Below, piece after piece: positions 26,446 through 39,450 of a stretch of DNA of 64,000 bases. The notes under the pieces were generated by a model. That model worked only from the letters and a program-made list of their open reading frames with translations. It was not told the DNA's origin and searched no databases. Origin of the DNA: Octopus vulgaris (taxonomy: Eukaryota); NCBI GenBank assembly GCA_951406725.2, contig OX597814.1:188046001-188110000 (forward strand). The letters run 5' to 3'. Each line of letters starts with the position of its first letter. Positions within the stretch are counted from its first letter, which is position 1. A program made the position numbers and the translations under genes.

Positions 26446-26677
26446 ATATTTCTTAACTACCCACAAGGGGCTAAACACAGAGGGGACAAACAAGGCCAGA
26501 CAAACGGATTAAGCCGATTACATCGACCCCAGTGCGTAACTGGTACTTAATTTATCGACCCAGAAAGGGTGAAAGGCAAAGTCGACCTCGGTGGAATTTG
26601 AACTCAGAACGTAGCGGCAGACGAAATACCGCTAAGCATTTCGCCCGGCGTGCTAACGTTTCTACCAGCTCGCCGCC
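26445..26677 (-). mobile_element. SINE family A (long-tail form)
   Basis: Reverse complement of the 26025 copy. Confidence 0.9.
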
Positions 26678-26909
26678 TGTAATTACTGGGACCCTATCTG
26701 CTATGAAGCAGCAGCATTATAAGCCACTATTAATTACTTAATCTAAACGATAAAATAACGAAGGTCTAAAAATTGTCAATGAACTGAGGAACGTTGTTTT
26801 AAAACAAACAGCAAAGGCATAGTAAAGAAATACAAACACCCCTTAAAAACGATCGAACTTGGACTTGATCATATTTGTATTTTCAATGACGCAGACACAC
26901 ATCACTGGT

Positions 26910-27085
26910 GCTTTTCTGGCTTTGAGAATGTGGCGAAGGGTCTTCTTCTACAGGGCTTAGAAAAACCGAAGGACCGCTGCAATAAGTGTGTAAATCTCAG
27001 AAGGGAATATATTGATTAAAATCATAACCGATCCTCCTGTATTCTCTCTTACCCAAAGCCGGAAACTTTTCAGCACCCCTTCCGT
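26910..27085 (+). mobile_element. Mariner 3' remnant with right TIR
   Basis: QGLEKPKDRCNKCVNLRREYID* resembles mariner GI.KL..RW.KC....G.Y.E*; terminal aacttttcagcacccct. Confidence 0.65.
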
Positions 27086-28522
27086 GCATGTGCGCGTGTG
27101 TATATAAATGTATGTATGTATGTATGTATGTATGTATGTATGTATGTATGTATGTATGTATGTATCGTGATTGTGTGCTTGTATACATGTATTATATATA
27201 TATGTATATATGCATATATATATGTGTGTGTATGTGTGTGTGTGTATATCCACACACACACACACACATATACGCATATACACTTACATGTGTATCCATG
27301 TATGTATATGATGTTCCTCAAACTTCCACCGATTTAAACACTCTGTAATTGCACCACGGCTCCATATATGAAAACATACTGTCAAAAAGGTCATGCACCT
27401 CATAACAAACGACCAAAGATTATACTGACAAGAAGGTCATTCAATTTTGACAAATTATTCCGAAAAACTCTTCCCAGTTGCTTTGTTTTGCTTATTTATT
27501 TATCTACTTGTTTGTCTGTTTCAAGGGAAAGAGATTGTGATTTGTGTTTGGGTTGCTGCTGGTGTTTATTTGGGCTTTTAACGTACGGTGACATTACATT
27601 TTTTTTAAACAGTTCCCTTTTTGATGGGTTCGCCAAGGTAATAGGGTGCAGATTGAGACATATTTACATCATAAGAACAAGGAAACTGACAAGGATGTGG
27701 ATGAGGAATTTCTATAGATTTTCCAATCCTTATATTCTCTTACTGTTTGCTAAAATATGTTGTGCAGTGATTCTAGCTTTCTTTATTTTCTTAAACTCGA
27801 TACTATTTCTTATGCAAGACTTATAAACGTTGTACTATATTGAGTTATAACTTAAGTACGAAACAATAAATTGATCGACCTTAATACTTGATTGACATTT
27901 ATTTTTATCCAACTATGAAAAGCAAAGGGCAAAGTGGAATTTAGCGATGGACTCAGAACATAATAGGATGTGGCTAAGATCAGTAAAGTGTTTTGTTAGA
28001 TGATCTACGGATCATACCACTCCACCATTAATATATATCTTATATCAAGGAAGGTTTTTATAGTGAATTTAAGGGCTGGAAGTGATAAAATTAATTTTTC
28101 ACTCATGTAATTACATACAAAAAGCACACCCGGCCGTCATCCGTTAGTGAGTACAGCTTAGTAGCATCTGCAGAATCTTTTCGCGATCGTTTTAGATGCT
28201 ATGTAGTCGTGAGAAGACATAGACATTATCTAAGCCCTCCCGATCTTAACCCAGCAGAACATTGAGGATGTGGCAACTGGAGGGAAGGAAGGTTTCACTA
28301 CTACCCGGCTGATACCCCCTTTCAACTGGCTGAGTAGATTAAAGCAATGTGCAAGGAAATGCTTTGCTTAAGGTCGCAACGCACTTCTTAGTTGCTGAAA
28401 TGCACCCACAACTTTATTATGCTCATAAGTCAAACATCCAAACCACTAGACTGAGATTATGTATTATAATATAAATATCAATGGAATTTTGTTTCTTTTA
28501 GAAAATAATTTGGGCAAACTAT

Positions 28523-28727
28523 TTTGTTGTTGTTGTTAAGCAACAAGACGGGTAAGGGTGGTTAGGTGATGGTCTAGGGCTTAGGAGCGGGAGACCCCAG
28601 ACCTTGGAAGAAAAACTTTGGTCGTCTTGTTGTAGTCGAGGGCTCTTCGTTGATGCCCGACACCACTGGGAGGTGGCCCTCGAAGTCGCTAGAAATGGAG
28701 ATCTCCAGGTCCAAATTCTTGAACGGC
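28523..28727 (-). mobile_element. Structured non-tRNA retroposon with (AAC)n tail and TSD
   Basis: TSD tgggcaaactat (28511-22) / tggacaaactat (28728-39); second copy 33670-33912. Confidence 0.8.
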
Positions 28728-29363
28728 TGGACAAACTATGGGAAAAGTATGTATTATGTAAATGACGAAATTACAAGTTATAAACTACCCGTTTCTTCTC
28801 TGAAAATATCAAACGAAATCGAAAATTAAGATTACTTCGCTCACAGAATTAGAGTTTTATTCATAAAATATCCGCCCGTTGCCTTAAGTAATTCATGAAT
28901 AAAGTAAAAACGAGCCCAGAGTGGGCCGGGATTGTGTAATCACTAAGAGGGACGGTAGGAATTGAAACAAAAAGGAACATATCCCTGCAAATAGAAGCAG
29001 GAGTACAATGGGACGAGAGAGGAAATGCAATGAATGTAGAAGTGACATTTCCAAGAAGCAGGGTGTGTCTTACTGTTATTACACTACTTAAAAGAAGCAC
29101 TTAAAGACATTTCTCCAGGATAAGATCAAGCGTTACGATGTATAATGATACAGCAAACGATACACACTCAGATCAAATTGATCACTTTCCTAATAGACAG
29201 TTATAAGTAGAGTCTAGTTACTTGTTTTGACATTTCGGGATATATACTTACACCTCGAGTATATACTTAATACTTAATTTTGCTGACGGATACACTCGCT
29301 TCCTTCTCAAAAGAAAAAGGAGCAAGGCGTAAAAATGAAAATACTATTTTACTGGTCATGAAA

Positions 29364-29414
<51 letters not shown>

Positions 29415-29416
29415 AT

Positions 29417-29498
<82 letters not shown>

Positions 29499-29535
29499 AA
29501 TAATAATGATAATAATAATAATAATAATAATAATG

Positions 29536-29581
<46 letters not shown>

Positions 29582-29586
<5 letters not shown>

Positions 29587-29833
29587 GCGCCCTTTTAAAG
29601 CCTAGCCAGGGTCATGGGCCCGGTTTCCCGGTTTCTATGGCGTATGTGTTCCCCAGCTGGACGGGACGCTAGTCCATCGCAGCGGTACTCACTTTTGCAA
29701 GCTGAGTGGACTGGAGCAACGTGAAATGAAGTGTTTTGCTCAAGAACACAAATGCGTCGCCCGGTCCAGGAATCGAAACCACGATCTTACAATCATCATG
29801 CTGACACCCTAACCACTAAGCCACGCGCCTCCA

Positions 29834-29834
<1 letters not shown>
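29582..29834 (-). mobile_element. SINE family C (tRNA head; V-domain-like ctgcgatggactagcgtcccgtccag)
   Basis: A box tggcttagtggttag, B box ggtttcgattcc; near-identical copies at 53992 and 55176. Confidence 0.88.
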
Positions 29835-29885
<51 letters not shown>

Positions 29886-30147
29886 ATATCTACACACACA
29901 AAAAAATTCTTGAACATGCATACTTATATACGCACATGCACATATATGCATTTATGTGCGTGTACATACCTATGATTGAATGCAATCAGGTTTCGGTTCT
30001 TATTGTTTATCGCGTTGAACTCGCACGGGGTCCTGCTCAGTTTAATGCCTGAGGATGTGTTTGCTCATGTAAACACTTCCATAGATACATCGTCCTTTTT
30101 CCGTCCCTGTGTTGTATACATTCGAGGCTTTCTTCCAAGGAATCTAA

Positions 30148-30335
30148 TGCTCTTGGCTTAGATTTCCCTTGGGGGCTGGCCAGATCGGAGCAATCTCAAG
30201 ATTAATCAGCCGAAATTGCGAAGATGATCCGGTTCTTGACTGATGATTGAGGGCTTCGAATGTCCCGTCCGTGTTTTTTTGTGTCGTCTTCTAAATGTTT
30301 CACGTTCTTGTCCCAGTTTGTATATTTCTTTACTT
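30148..30335 (+). mobile_element. Family P1 copy
   Basis: Homologous to 4787-4932 and 37418-37636. Confidence 0.7.
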
Positions 30336-30336
30336 T

Positions 30337-30391
<55 letters not shown>

Positions 30392-30402
<11 letters not shown>

Positions 30403-30466
30403 GAATTAACGATAACAATTGAGTTGCCTAATAGTGGTTTTATCTCTAATTCATATTTTATATATT
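30392..30466. repeat. Small inverted repeat next to a TA array
   Basis: atataaaatatgaatta ... taattcatattttatat. Confidence 0.6.
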
Positions 30467-30534
30467 TATACTGTGAAATTTGATTTAATACTAAATCTAA
30501 TTTTTTCCTGTAAGTTTGGAGCTATACTCCCTAA

Positions 30535-30604
<70 letters not shown>

Positions 30605-30904
30605 ATATATATAAGGCCCTTAGTTGCTTGATAGATTCGTGGTTGATATGTGGCTTATCTTATCCGTTTTAGACCTAGTGAAGCCCATTCCTATCAAGGT
30701 TTGACCACACTCAGTTTCTTCAAGATAGAGATATGGTTTTTAGGCGAAAGATTGAGATAAAGTGAAGAATCGACCCCAGTACAGGAGTGGTACTTTATTG
30801 ACCCCGAAAAGATGTGAAATAGAGTTGACCTCAATGGGATTTTAACTCAGAACCCCGAGACCCGGAATGATTTGACTTTTTTAACAACTCTACTGACTGA
30901 CCTC

Positions 30905-30994
<90 letters not shown>

Positions 30995-31005
30995 TTATCT
31001 ATCTA

Positions 31006-31036
<31 letters not shown>

Positions 31037-31198
31037 GTATGCATACAAGTGTGAGTGTATATACACACGAATGTAGATATGTATGCATGTCTGTGCACTT
31101 GATAGAGCTTATATATGTATATATATATATGTTTATACATGTTTATATATGTGTATGTATGTATGTATGTTTGTATGTATATATGTATGTATGTATAT

Positions 31199-31238
<40 letters not shown>

Positions 31239-31691
31239 ATGTATGTATGTATGTATGTGTGTGTGTGTATGTATGTATGTATGTATGTATGTATGTATGT
31301 ATGTATGTATGTATGTGTGTGTATGTATGTATGTATCTTTTTATGTATATATAAAATTCTGTGAGACTGATTCAGCTAGTTTGTTTGTTTTGAAATACAT
31401 AACTCCACCAAAGGTGAAAAAAACAACAACAAAAAAAACAAAAAAAGAAATTGGGAACAAAAATGAAAACAATGCTGTGAATGTTTCAAGGAAAAAGCAA
31501 AAAAAAAAAAAAAAGAAATAGGAAGTTCAGGGAAATATTAAGAGAACAAAAATAAAGCAGACCTACAAAATAAAACAGAAATAAATAGTTTTTCTCTTAT
31601 CAGCACATTGGTTAATTCTTGACAGCAGTTAAACGAACGGTTGATTTTTTTTCTTTTGTGCTTTTTAAAAAACCTATCGCGAGGTTTTAGC

Positions 31692-31799
<108 letters not shown>

Positions 31800-32209
31800 T
31801 ATTTAAGTTCTTATCAGTTAGACTTGTTTTTTTAAAATATATTTTCTTATGGCGGCTTGATTTGAGACCACAATAGCAAAACTATTTTATAATCCCAAGA
31901 ACAGTTATTTGATATGGAAATAAGTCAGGAGCTGACTTTTAGAAGCTACATATGGCTGTGTTTGTTAGAGGTTTTGGAGTTAATTTACGATCACGTAACA
32001 CATGCACATTCTTCCTCTATAATACTCGACTTCCTAAAAATATGAGCCAAATCTCATTCAAATCAAACCCTATAGAAGGAAGAAGTAACAGTGACAGTCG
32101 AAATATCGACCGGAGCTGCTCTGTAGGACCAAAGAAAAACGATTAAATGTCTCTCACGCCAATGAGAAAAACCTCAATGTTCTTGTTTGAACTTCGAGAA
32201 ACCTCATTT

Positions 32210-32575
32210 AGATCTTTTCGGCGAGCTGGCAGAATCGTTAGCACGCCGGGTGAAATACTTAGCGGTATTTCGCCTGCCGTTACGTTCTGAGTTCAAATTC
32301 CGCCGAGGTCGACTTTGCCTTTCATCCTTTCGGGGTCGATTAAATTGATTGTGCCCTCTATGTTTAGCTCCTTGATGGCAGTAAAGAAATATATAACAAC
32401 TGCATGGGGGAACGGTGCATAGACGACCTAATTTGTAGCCCAGGGTAGATTGATGATACTGGTACTATCATCGAGATTGGCAATCGATTTTCGTTATTAG
32501 CACGAAAATTTACACCCGTATAGAAATCTCTCCATTCCGTCAAAAATTGGTTCTGGTGTGAAACCGAAAAGATCC
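32210..32575. mobile_element. Older MITE sharing the GGATCTTTTCGG terminus, interrupted by a SINE A (32219-32392)
   Basis: agatcttttcgg ... ccgaaaagatcc; degenerate 8-bp TSD cctcattt/tctcatct. Confidence 0.55.
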
Positions 32576-32918
32576 TCTCATCTACTGCCATAAAAGCATA
32601 TAATGTAATATAACATATAATGTAATATATTATTCTATAGCAGTAGGTTTTATCCCAACGAGAATGCTCCATTGAAGATGTAAAATCAAAGTTGGGAAGC
32701 AAATGTCAAGAGGTTCACTATAGGGACGCTGGTGATCAGGAGGGTTGTGATTTTCCCTAGGATTAAAAGAAAATATGAGGAGGACATTGTGTTATCCGTG
32801 AGTAGAAATATGACTGATGAAGCACCAAAATCTAAAGCAGTTTTGTTATATTAAGCCTTCGACTTCTCTAGTATTTTCCATAAAAATTTAGTAGAGAACA
32901 CTAGTCGACAGAAATATC

Positions 32919-33334
32919 GGATCTTTTCGGTTTGAATGGCAGTTTTTAACATAATTTCTTGGTAACTAAAAAATGGTAAACTTCGTATACTGGTAGAATG
33001 TGTTTATAAAACACCTTTTTCTCTTGGCTTTATTGAGAAAATTCTATAGTTTGTAAGATATTTGTTGTTTTTTTTATTCAATTTCTGCAATTTCAACCAA
33101 TCACTGACGTCTATTGAGGTAAAAAACATTCTGTGCGTATGAATATGTCCCTCGTTTAAGAAACAGTTTGGGTTTATTTACATTTGTGAAGAAAAAAAGA
33201 TACCCTTCCCTCCACTCCTAACCCTAACCCTAAAACAGATTGAAATGCAATAGATCGATACTAGGGTCATAATTATGGGCGACAATTTCATATGACACCG
33301 TTAGAAAAAACTGCCGTTCAAACCGAAAAGATCC
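32919..33334. mobile_element. MITE with TIRs of about 29 bp and 8-bp TSD (Merlin-like GG termini)
   Basis: gaaatatc|ggatcttttcggtttgaatggcagttttt ... aaaaactgccgttcaaaccgaaaagatcc|gaaatatc. Confidence 0.88.
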
Positions 33335-33632
33335 GAAATATCTCAGAAAGTAGCATTCGGTGGGTGGGACTGAAAAACTATGGATAATAAAAGTATTAGC
33401 TTCTGTTTTATCAAAATAATGTGGCCTTTTTTTTTTAATCGTTGTGTGCAAAACACGGAGCGGCGATGTTTTTAAAATAGCATTCAGTGAAAGGGAACAC
33501 TGAGCTTCCAAAGTATGAGAACCACTAGATCGAGTAAGAAAGTAAAAGTTTAAAGAGGACGAGATGCTCACGGTTGAAGCTTGAAGCATATTTTGTCATG
33601 GGTCTGATGGATCTGAATTGACCTGGGGTTAT

Positions 33633-33669
<37 letters not shown>

Positions 33670-33674
<5 letters not shown>

Positions 33675-33865
33675 GTTCAAAAATTTGGACCTGGAGATCT
33701 CCATTTCCAGCGACTTCGAGGGCCACCTCCCAGTGGTGTCGGGCGTCAACGAAGAGCCCTCGACTACAACAAGAAGACCAAAGTTTTTCTTTTTCCCAAG
33801 GTCTGGGGTCTCCCGCCCCTAAGCCCTAGACCATCACCTAATCACTCTTACCCGTCTTGTTGCTT

Positions 33866-33912
<47 letters not shown>
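33670..33912 (+). mobile_element. Second copy of the structured non-tRNA retroposon, within a (CAG)n tract
   Basis: Reverse complement of 28523-28727; (AAC)n tail; CAG repeats on both sides. Confidence 0.8.
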
Positions 33913-33914
<2 letters not shown>

Positions 33915-34014
33915 GCAGCAGCAGCAGCAGCAACTGGTTCGTGAGTTTGATATGTTTATATTTCTGATTCAAGCTTGAAGCGGGAAATGAAGAGAGTCTT
34001 TATGCTATACTTAT

Positions 34015-34048
<34 letters not shown>

Positions 34049-35749
34049 TAATAATAATAATAATAAGGAAATATACTTTCAGGTGGCACGTTAAGAATGT
34101 AATGTCTGCAATAATTGCAGACGTAAGCTGAAATTTCATCGGTTTATATCGACAAAAGATATGAAGATTTCACCGAATTTGGAATTTATTTCAAGCCAAG
34201 CTGAACCAGTAGTGTCAGAAAAGTAGTGCTTTCTCGTCTCAGTCATGTCTGACAACATTCTGTCGTCTATCACCACCACCACCACCACCGCAGCCACCGC
34301 CGCCGCCACTACCACCACCACCACCAACAACAACAACAAAAAGAAAAAAAAGGATGAATAGAATGTAAAGAAGTAAATAAGAAATAAATGATAAAAGAAA
34401 GGAGGAGTGAGAAAATATCAGTATAATTCTGCAGAATTTGAATCCCCACCTCTCTTTTTATCTCTTCCTCCACCCTTTTTGTTCTCCTACATAGACACAC
34501 ACACACACATACACGCATACGAATATTTACTTATTTCGGATATACCCTGGCATACATATAGCAACAAATTACACAAACAAAACAATCTCTCTCTTTCTTT
34601 CTTTCATTCATTCTCTCCCTTCCTATCTCTCTCTCTCTCGCTCTCTGTCTGTCTGTCTCTCTCTGTCTCCCTCAAACACACACACATACACTTACATACT
34701 CATAGCTGTTCATCATACACACTCTGGCACAGAAAGCAGTCCTCCTCTCTCCTCCCTACGCAGACACGCACACATGGACCTACACCCATAAAAAACTCAT
34801 ACATCGACCCGCACGTAAACCCACACACATAGACAAACACACACACATACATCCCACCATCTCCTCCCCCACATCAGACACTAAAGCTTATTCTTTTTGT
34901 TGCTTTTCATTGGCAACAGAACCCTTGACTGACAGATTTCCTTCAAAGTAAAAACAATTTATTAGTGTTTCAAACAGAGAATAAGCAGCTAGGAGTCTAT
35001 TAGTAAAAGCAAACTGCATCTGGTTATCCTTGGCAGCTAAGAGAACTGGCGCGACCTTTACGTGCCGTGTTCATTCTCGGCGGGTCAACTCTATTTGGTA
35101 TAGCAATAAACATTGTAGCAGGCGCTAACCTCATCGCAAACAGTAAACCCAAACATCTACTCTCGAAGCTACTCAGCTGTGAAGGTTGGATGAGTTTACG
35201 AGCATTCATAACAAATTAAGCTACGCAAGGATAAGAACACACAAGCGCGCACACACGTACGTACACAAGCGTGCACACACGTACGTACACAAGCGCGCAC
35301 ATGCATACAGAGGTACACAACATTACAGACGCAGACACACTTGCATACGTGCAGGCAGACATAGTTGCATATACGTGCGCAGACAAACGTGGCCACACAT
35401 ACCAGTACACATGCTTACACATACGTACGTGATAATTATGAAGAATTGTTTTTAAATAGTTTCAATATTGCAAACAGACATTCAGCAACTTGGTGAAAAC
35501 TTGATGCGCCTTGAAACATTGAGAATTGAACTAGTCAAGACCAGAAACTAATTTCATATCAATCAATTGCACCAGAAATAAATTTATATTTTTCTCTGTT
35601 AAAAATAAATAATGCTTTCAAATTTCGGCACAAAGCCAGCAATTTTAGGAGAACGAATAAGTCGATTACATTGACCCTTGTGCTGGATTGGTACTTATTT
35701 TATCAACCCCAAAAGGATGAAAGGCCAAGTCAAACTCAGCGGCATTTGA

Positions 35750-36222
35750 CCCTTTCGTTACTGTATTTATTTTGAGATTCTCTGTATTTCTTTCAATTAC
35801 TTTAAATGTAACAAAGAATAACCAAGAATAACTTAATTATCATTTCGCTAGTGTTAGGAACATAAATTGTAACTAAGGTTTGGTAGAAGATTTTAATTCA
35901 GAACTTTTGAAAACAAGACATTTATACTACAGAGCCAGAGGCAGTTTCAGCTGGGTTGGTTTCAAAAGGGTTAAGAATTGTTTCTCTATTATATATCTTA
36001 ACCCTTTTGTTACCATATTTCTGTTGAGATGTTCTGTGTTTCTTTCAATTAATTTTAAATATAACAAAGAATTTAGTAAAATAACTTAGTTATCATTAAA
36101 CTATTGTTAGGAAGATAAATTGTGACTAAGGTTTGGTGGAAGATTCTAATTCAAAACTTATGAAAGCAAGACATTTGTACTCAGAGCCATAGCCGGTTTC
36201 AGTCGGGTTGGTAACGAAAGGG
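35750..36222. mobile_element. Tandem dimer of a piggyBac-like MITE inserted in a SINE A
   Basis: Units 35750-35970 and 36002-36222 with CCCTTT/AAAGGG ends; inner TTAA, outer TTGA duplication; host SINE resumes after 36226. Confidence 0.82.
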
Positions 36223-36327
36223 TTGAGCTCCGAACGCAAAGATGGACGAAGGCCCTCTAAATATTTTGTCCGGTGTGGTAACGATTCTCACCGTCTTCTA
36301 TTGAAAATAAGTAATCCTTTCTACTGA

Positions 36328-36417
36328 AGGCACAAAGCCTGCTATAGGCACAAAGCCTGCTATAGGCACAAAGCCTGCTATAGGCACAAAGCCTGCTATA
36401 GGCACAAAGCCTGCTAT
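36328..36417. repeat. 18-bp minisatellite x5 (aggcacaaagcctgctat) derived from a SINE A tail
   Basis: Five perfect units. Confidence 0.95.
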
Positions 36418-36431
36418 ATTGAGGGAAGACA

Positions 36432-36825
36432 AGGTGGCGAGCTGGTAGAAAGGTTAGCACGCTAACGGTTTTTCATCTGTCTTTACGTTCTGTGTTCAAA
36501 TTCCGCCAAGGTCGACTTTGCCTTTCATCTTTTTGGGGTCGATAAATTAAGTACCAGTTACGCACTGGGGTCGATGTAATCTGTCCTTGTTTGTCCCCTC
36601 TATGTTTAGCCCCCTTGTGGGCAATAAAGAAATAAGAAACTTTAGCACACTGGGCAAAATGCTTAGCAGTTTTTCATCTGTCTTTACGTTCTGAGTTCAA
36701 ATTCCGCCGAGGTTGACTTTGCCTTTCATCCTTTTGGGGTCGATAAATAAGTTGCGTACTGGGGTCGATCTAATCGACTGGCCCCTCCCCCAAAATTTCA
36801 GGCCTTGTGCCTAGAGAAGAAAAGA
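36432..36825 (+). mobile_element. Dimeric SINE A nested in an older antisense SINE A
   Basis: 14-bp TSD atattgagggaaga (36416-29, 36826-39); host continues 36840-37010. Confidence 0.88.
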
Positions 36826-37417
36826 ATATTGAGGGAAGAAGCTAGTCGATTTCATCGACCCCCGTGCTCAACTGGTATTTCATTTATCAACTTCGAAATG
36901 ATTAAAGGAAAACTCGACCGCGGCGGAATTTGAACTCAGAAGACACAAATCAGACGAAATGCTGCGAAGTATTTTGTCCAATGTGGTAACGATTCTACTT
37001 CATCGCCTTCCATTAACAATAAATAATAAAACACAAATTACATATTTTGGAAAGAAGCCCCCAAACAGCGAGTTAGACTTAATACAGGTCTTAAAACAAG
37101 GAAACACAGTTTGGATAACGTATTGACATGCATGCTGTGTGTACGAAAAAAGAAGAAAACACAAAAAAGTTTCTGGTAGGAGCGGAAACACTTTTGATGA
37201 AAGATCTTTTCAGTCAGTACTGGCTTCGGGCAAAACAACAACGACGACGACGATATATTTATACATACACACACACATACATACCTTCTTACTCTCCCCC
37301 TCTCTCACTCACACACACACACATACACACACACACACACACACACATAAATATATACACGATATGTGCGTGTGTGTGTATATAAAAAATATATATATTT
37401 AAGTATACACACACATA

Positions 37418-37636
37418 TGCTCTTAGCTTAGTTTTTCCTTCGGGCTGGCCAGATTGGAGCAATCTCGAGTATAACCAGCCGAAATTGCAAAGACAATCTG
37501 GAACTCGACTGAGGAAAGAAAACTCCGAATGATCCCTCCTTGTTTTCTGTGTATCGTCTATCTGGATGTTTTGTTGTCCCTTTTTTGTATCACCTAACTG
37601 TCTGGATGTTTTGCGTTCTTGTCCGATTTTGTATTA
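37418..37636 (+). mobile_element. Family P1 copy (diverged)
   Basis: ggctggccagattggagcaatctcgag...gactgagga...gttttgcgttcttgtcc. Confidence 0.65.
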
Positions 37637-37656
37637 TATATATATATATATAGCAG

Positions 37657-38110
37657 TGGCGACTCCGGCACTCGGGCTGTTCGGGTTTAGCCCGAGTATA
37701 AATTTAGTAAAATGAACGCGTATTTGCAATCTGATTCAATATCCAACAATACTGAAAGTATGTCTTGTAGCCAATGATTCGGACTTCTATTGAGGCTGGT
37801 CGCAGTTAATTTATTTTCATTCAGCGTTTGGCGGTCGTCTCAAAGGTACCCTGTGTCAAAAAATATCATTTGTAGCAGACGTTTTCTCGACATCATTCAC
37901 ATGCGCCTGACTCGGGCTCTGAAGTTACAGCCCGAGTTGGTATCTATAATCTTAAAAATTAAAAGCAGTTCAAATTCAATGTTTTCTTGAAACAATAAAT
38001 TTCTATAGAGATTAGGATTTAAATTCCAATCTATGGAAAGTTTCCATTCTACAATATTCTTAAAGGGACGAAAAATCATCCAGCAACTCGGGCTAATACG
38101 AACGAGCCTG
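37657..38110. mobile_element. Probable hAT-like MITE with repeated actcgggct/agcccgagt motifs
   Basis: Starts cagtggcg; imperfect inverted ends gggctgttcgggtttagcccgagt / actcgggctaatacgaacgagcc; internal palindrome near 37910. Confidence 0.5.
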
Positions 38111-38366
38111 CTAGGTGTAAAAGACTAACTGGCATCTGTTGCCAAGAGTACAGGCGACAGTCAGATCGCTGATGTATTTTGTGCATTCCACTGTCGTTAT
38201 TTAATTGTTATTCTGTGCGTCTGTGTGTAAAGATCAGCTGTGTTTTGCAGGGTTGCCCTATTTTTACCCTTAACTTAGAAATGGAGAGGCATAGTGCTAG
38301 ATATAAAAATTAGATATACATTAATTGGAAGCTGTATAAAAATTCGATACGCGTGACAGGGGTAGT

Positions 38367-38674
38367 TGCTGTTGTTTGTTCCTTCTCGAGCCATGCCTGG
38401 CTCATAAGGGCCGGTTTCCCGGTTTCATTGGCGTAGAGGTTCCCCACCTGGACGAGACGTCGGTCCGTCGCAGGTGAGCTGTTAGATGCAGGAGGAAAGA
38501 GTGAGAGAAAGTTGTGGCGAAAGAGTCAGCAGAAGTTTGCCATTACCTTCTGCCGGAGCCGCGCGGAGCTTAAGTGTTCCGCTCCTAAACACACACATCG
38601 CCCGGTCTGAGATTCGAACCCGCGATCCCTCTACCGCAAGTCCACTGCTCTAACCACTAGGCCATGTGCCTCTA
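38367..38674 (-). mobile_element. SINE family D
   Basis: tRNA head; degenerate TSD cgtgacaggggtagt / cgtggcagaggcagt; homologous to the 41150 copy. Confidence 0.88.
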
Positions 38675-39009
38675 CGTGGCAGAGGCAGTACTAATTTAAA
38701 GTAGCAAATTGTGCACCACATTTAATGCCGATGCATCATTTAAAGCTTAATTAATTGCGACGTTCGTCTTGAAACAATGTCTCTTATGGACGTACAGTGT
38801 TATAAAACACAAAATTATATAAGTAGCAGACATATAAAAAAAAATCGTCCAGCAGCGGTAGGCTAAATGCGTATTATACCTCATGAAGCTTCGTCTGTGG
38901 CTGTGGAGTTAGTCTTAGCTTATGTTTGCCTGTAGATACAATATATAATAAGGAAAGAGTTTCTCATACTCATTATTATTATTAGTGTTGTTGTTAATTA
39001 TTATTATAA

Positions 39010-39204
39010 TTAATTTCAAATTCTCGATGAGGGAATAAATCAATTACATCGACTCCAGTGTTCAACTGGTATTTAACTTCTTGATCCCGGAAGGATGAAA
39101 AGCAAAATTGACCTCAGCGGAATTTGAACTAAGAATATAAAGACGGACGTATTGCCGTTAAGCATTTTCCCGGCGTGTTAACGATTCTGTCAGTTTGCCG
39201 TCTT

Positions 39205-39235
<31 letters not shown>

Positions 39236-39450
39236 TTGATTTCAAAGTTTTGGCACTAGGCGAGCAAGTTCGGGGGAGGGGATAAGTCGATTACATCAAC
39301 CCCAGTCTTGAACTGCACTTAGGTTATTGATCCCGAAAGGATAAAAGGCAAAGTCGACCTCGGCGGAATTTGAACTCAGAACGTAAAGACAGAAGAACTG
39401 CCGCAAAGCATTTTGACCGGTGTGCTAACGCCTCTGCCAGTTCACTGTCC
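39010..39450 (-). mobile_element. Two SINE A copies separated by (AG)n
   Basis: Repeated gacctc.gcggaatttgaact motif. Confidence 0.82.

Noticed and set aside
27368-27826. 152-aa ORF
   Set aside because: Composition typical of T-rich non-coding DNA; no motif or splice support
33618-33944. PolyA/polyQ/polyT ORFs
   Set aside because: Produced by CAG and AAC repeats around a retroposon
34136-34270. Minus-strand EINSKFGEIF as a possible FABP exon 2
   Set aside because: In-frame stop, no suitable splice sites, similarity too weak
35037-35142. Possible plus-strand exon LRELARPLRAVFILGGSTLFGIAINIVAGANLIAN
   Set aside because: Weak splice signals and no recognisable family; unsupported without RNA data
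36328-36417. Regular repeat resembling a CRISPR array
   Set aside because: No spacers; eukaryotic minisatellite derived from a SINE tail
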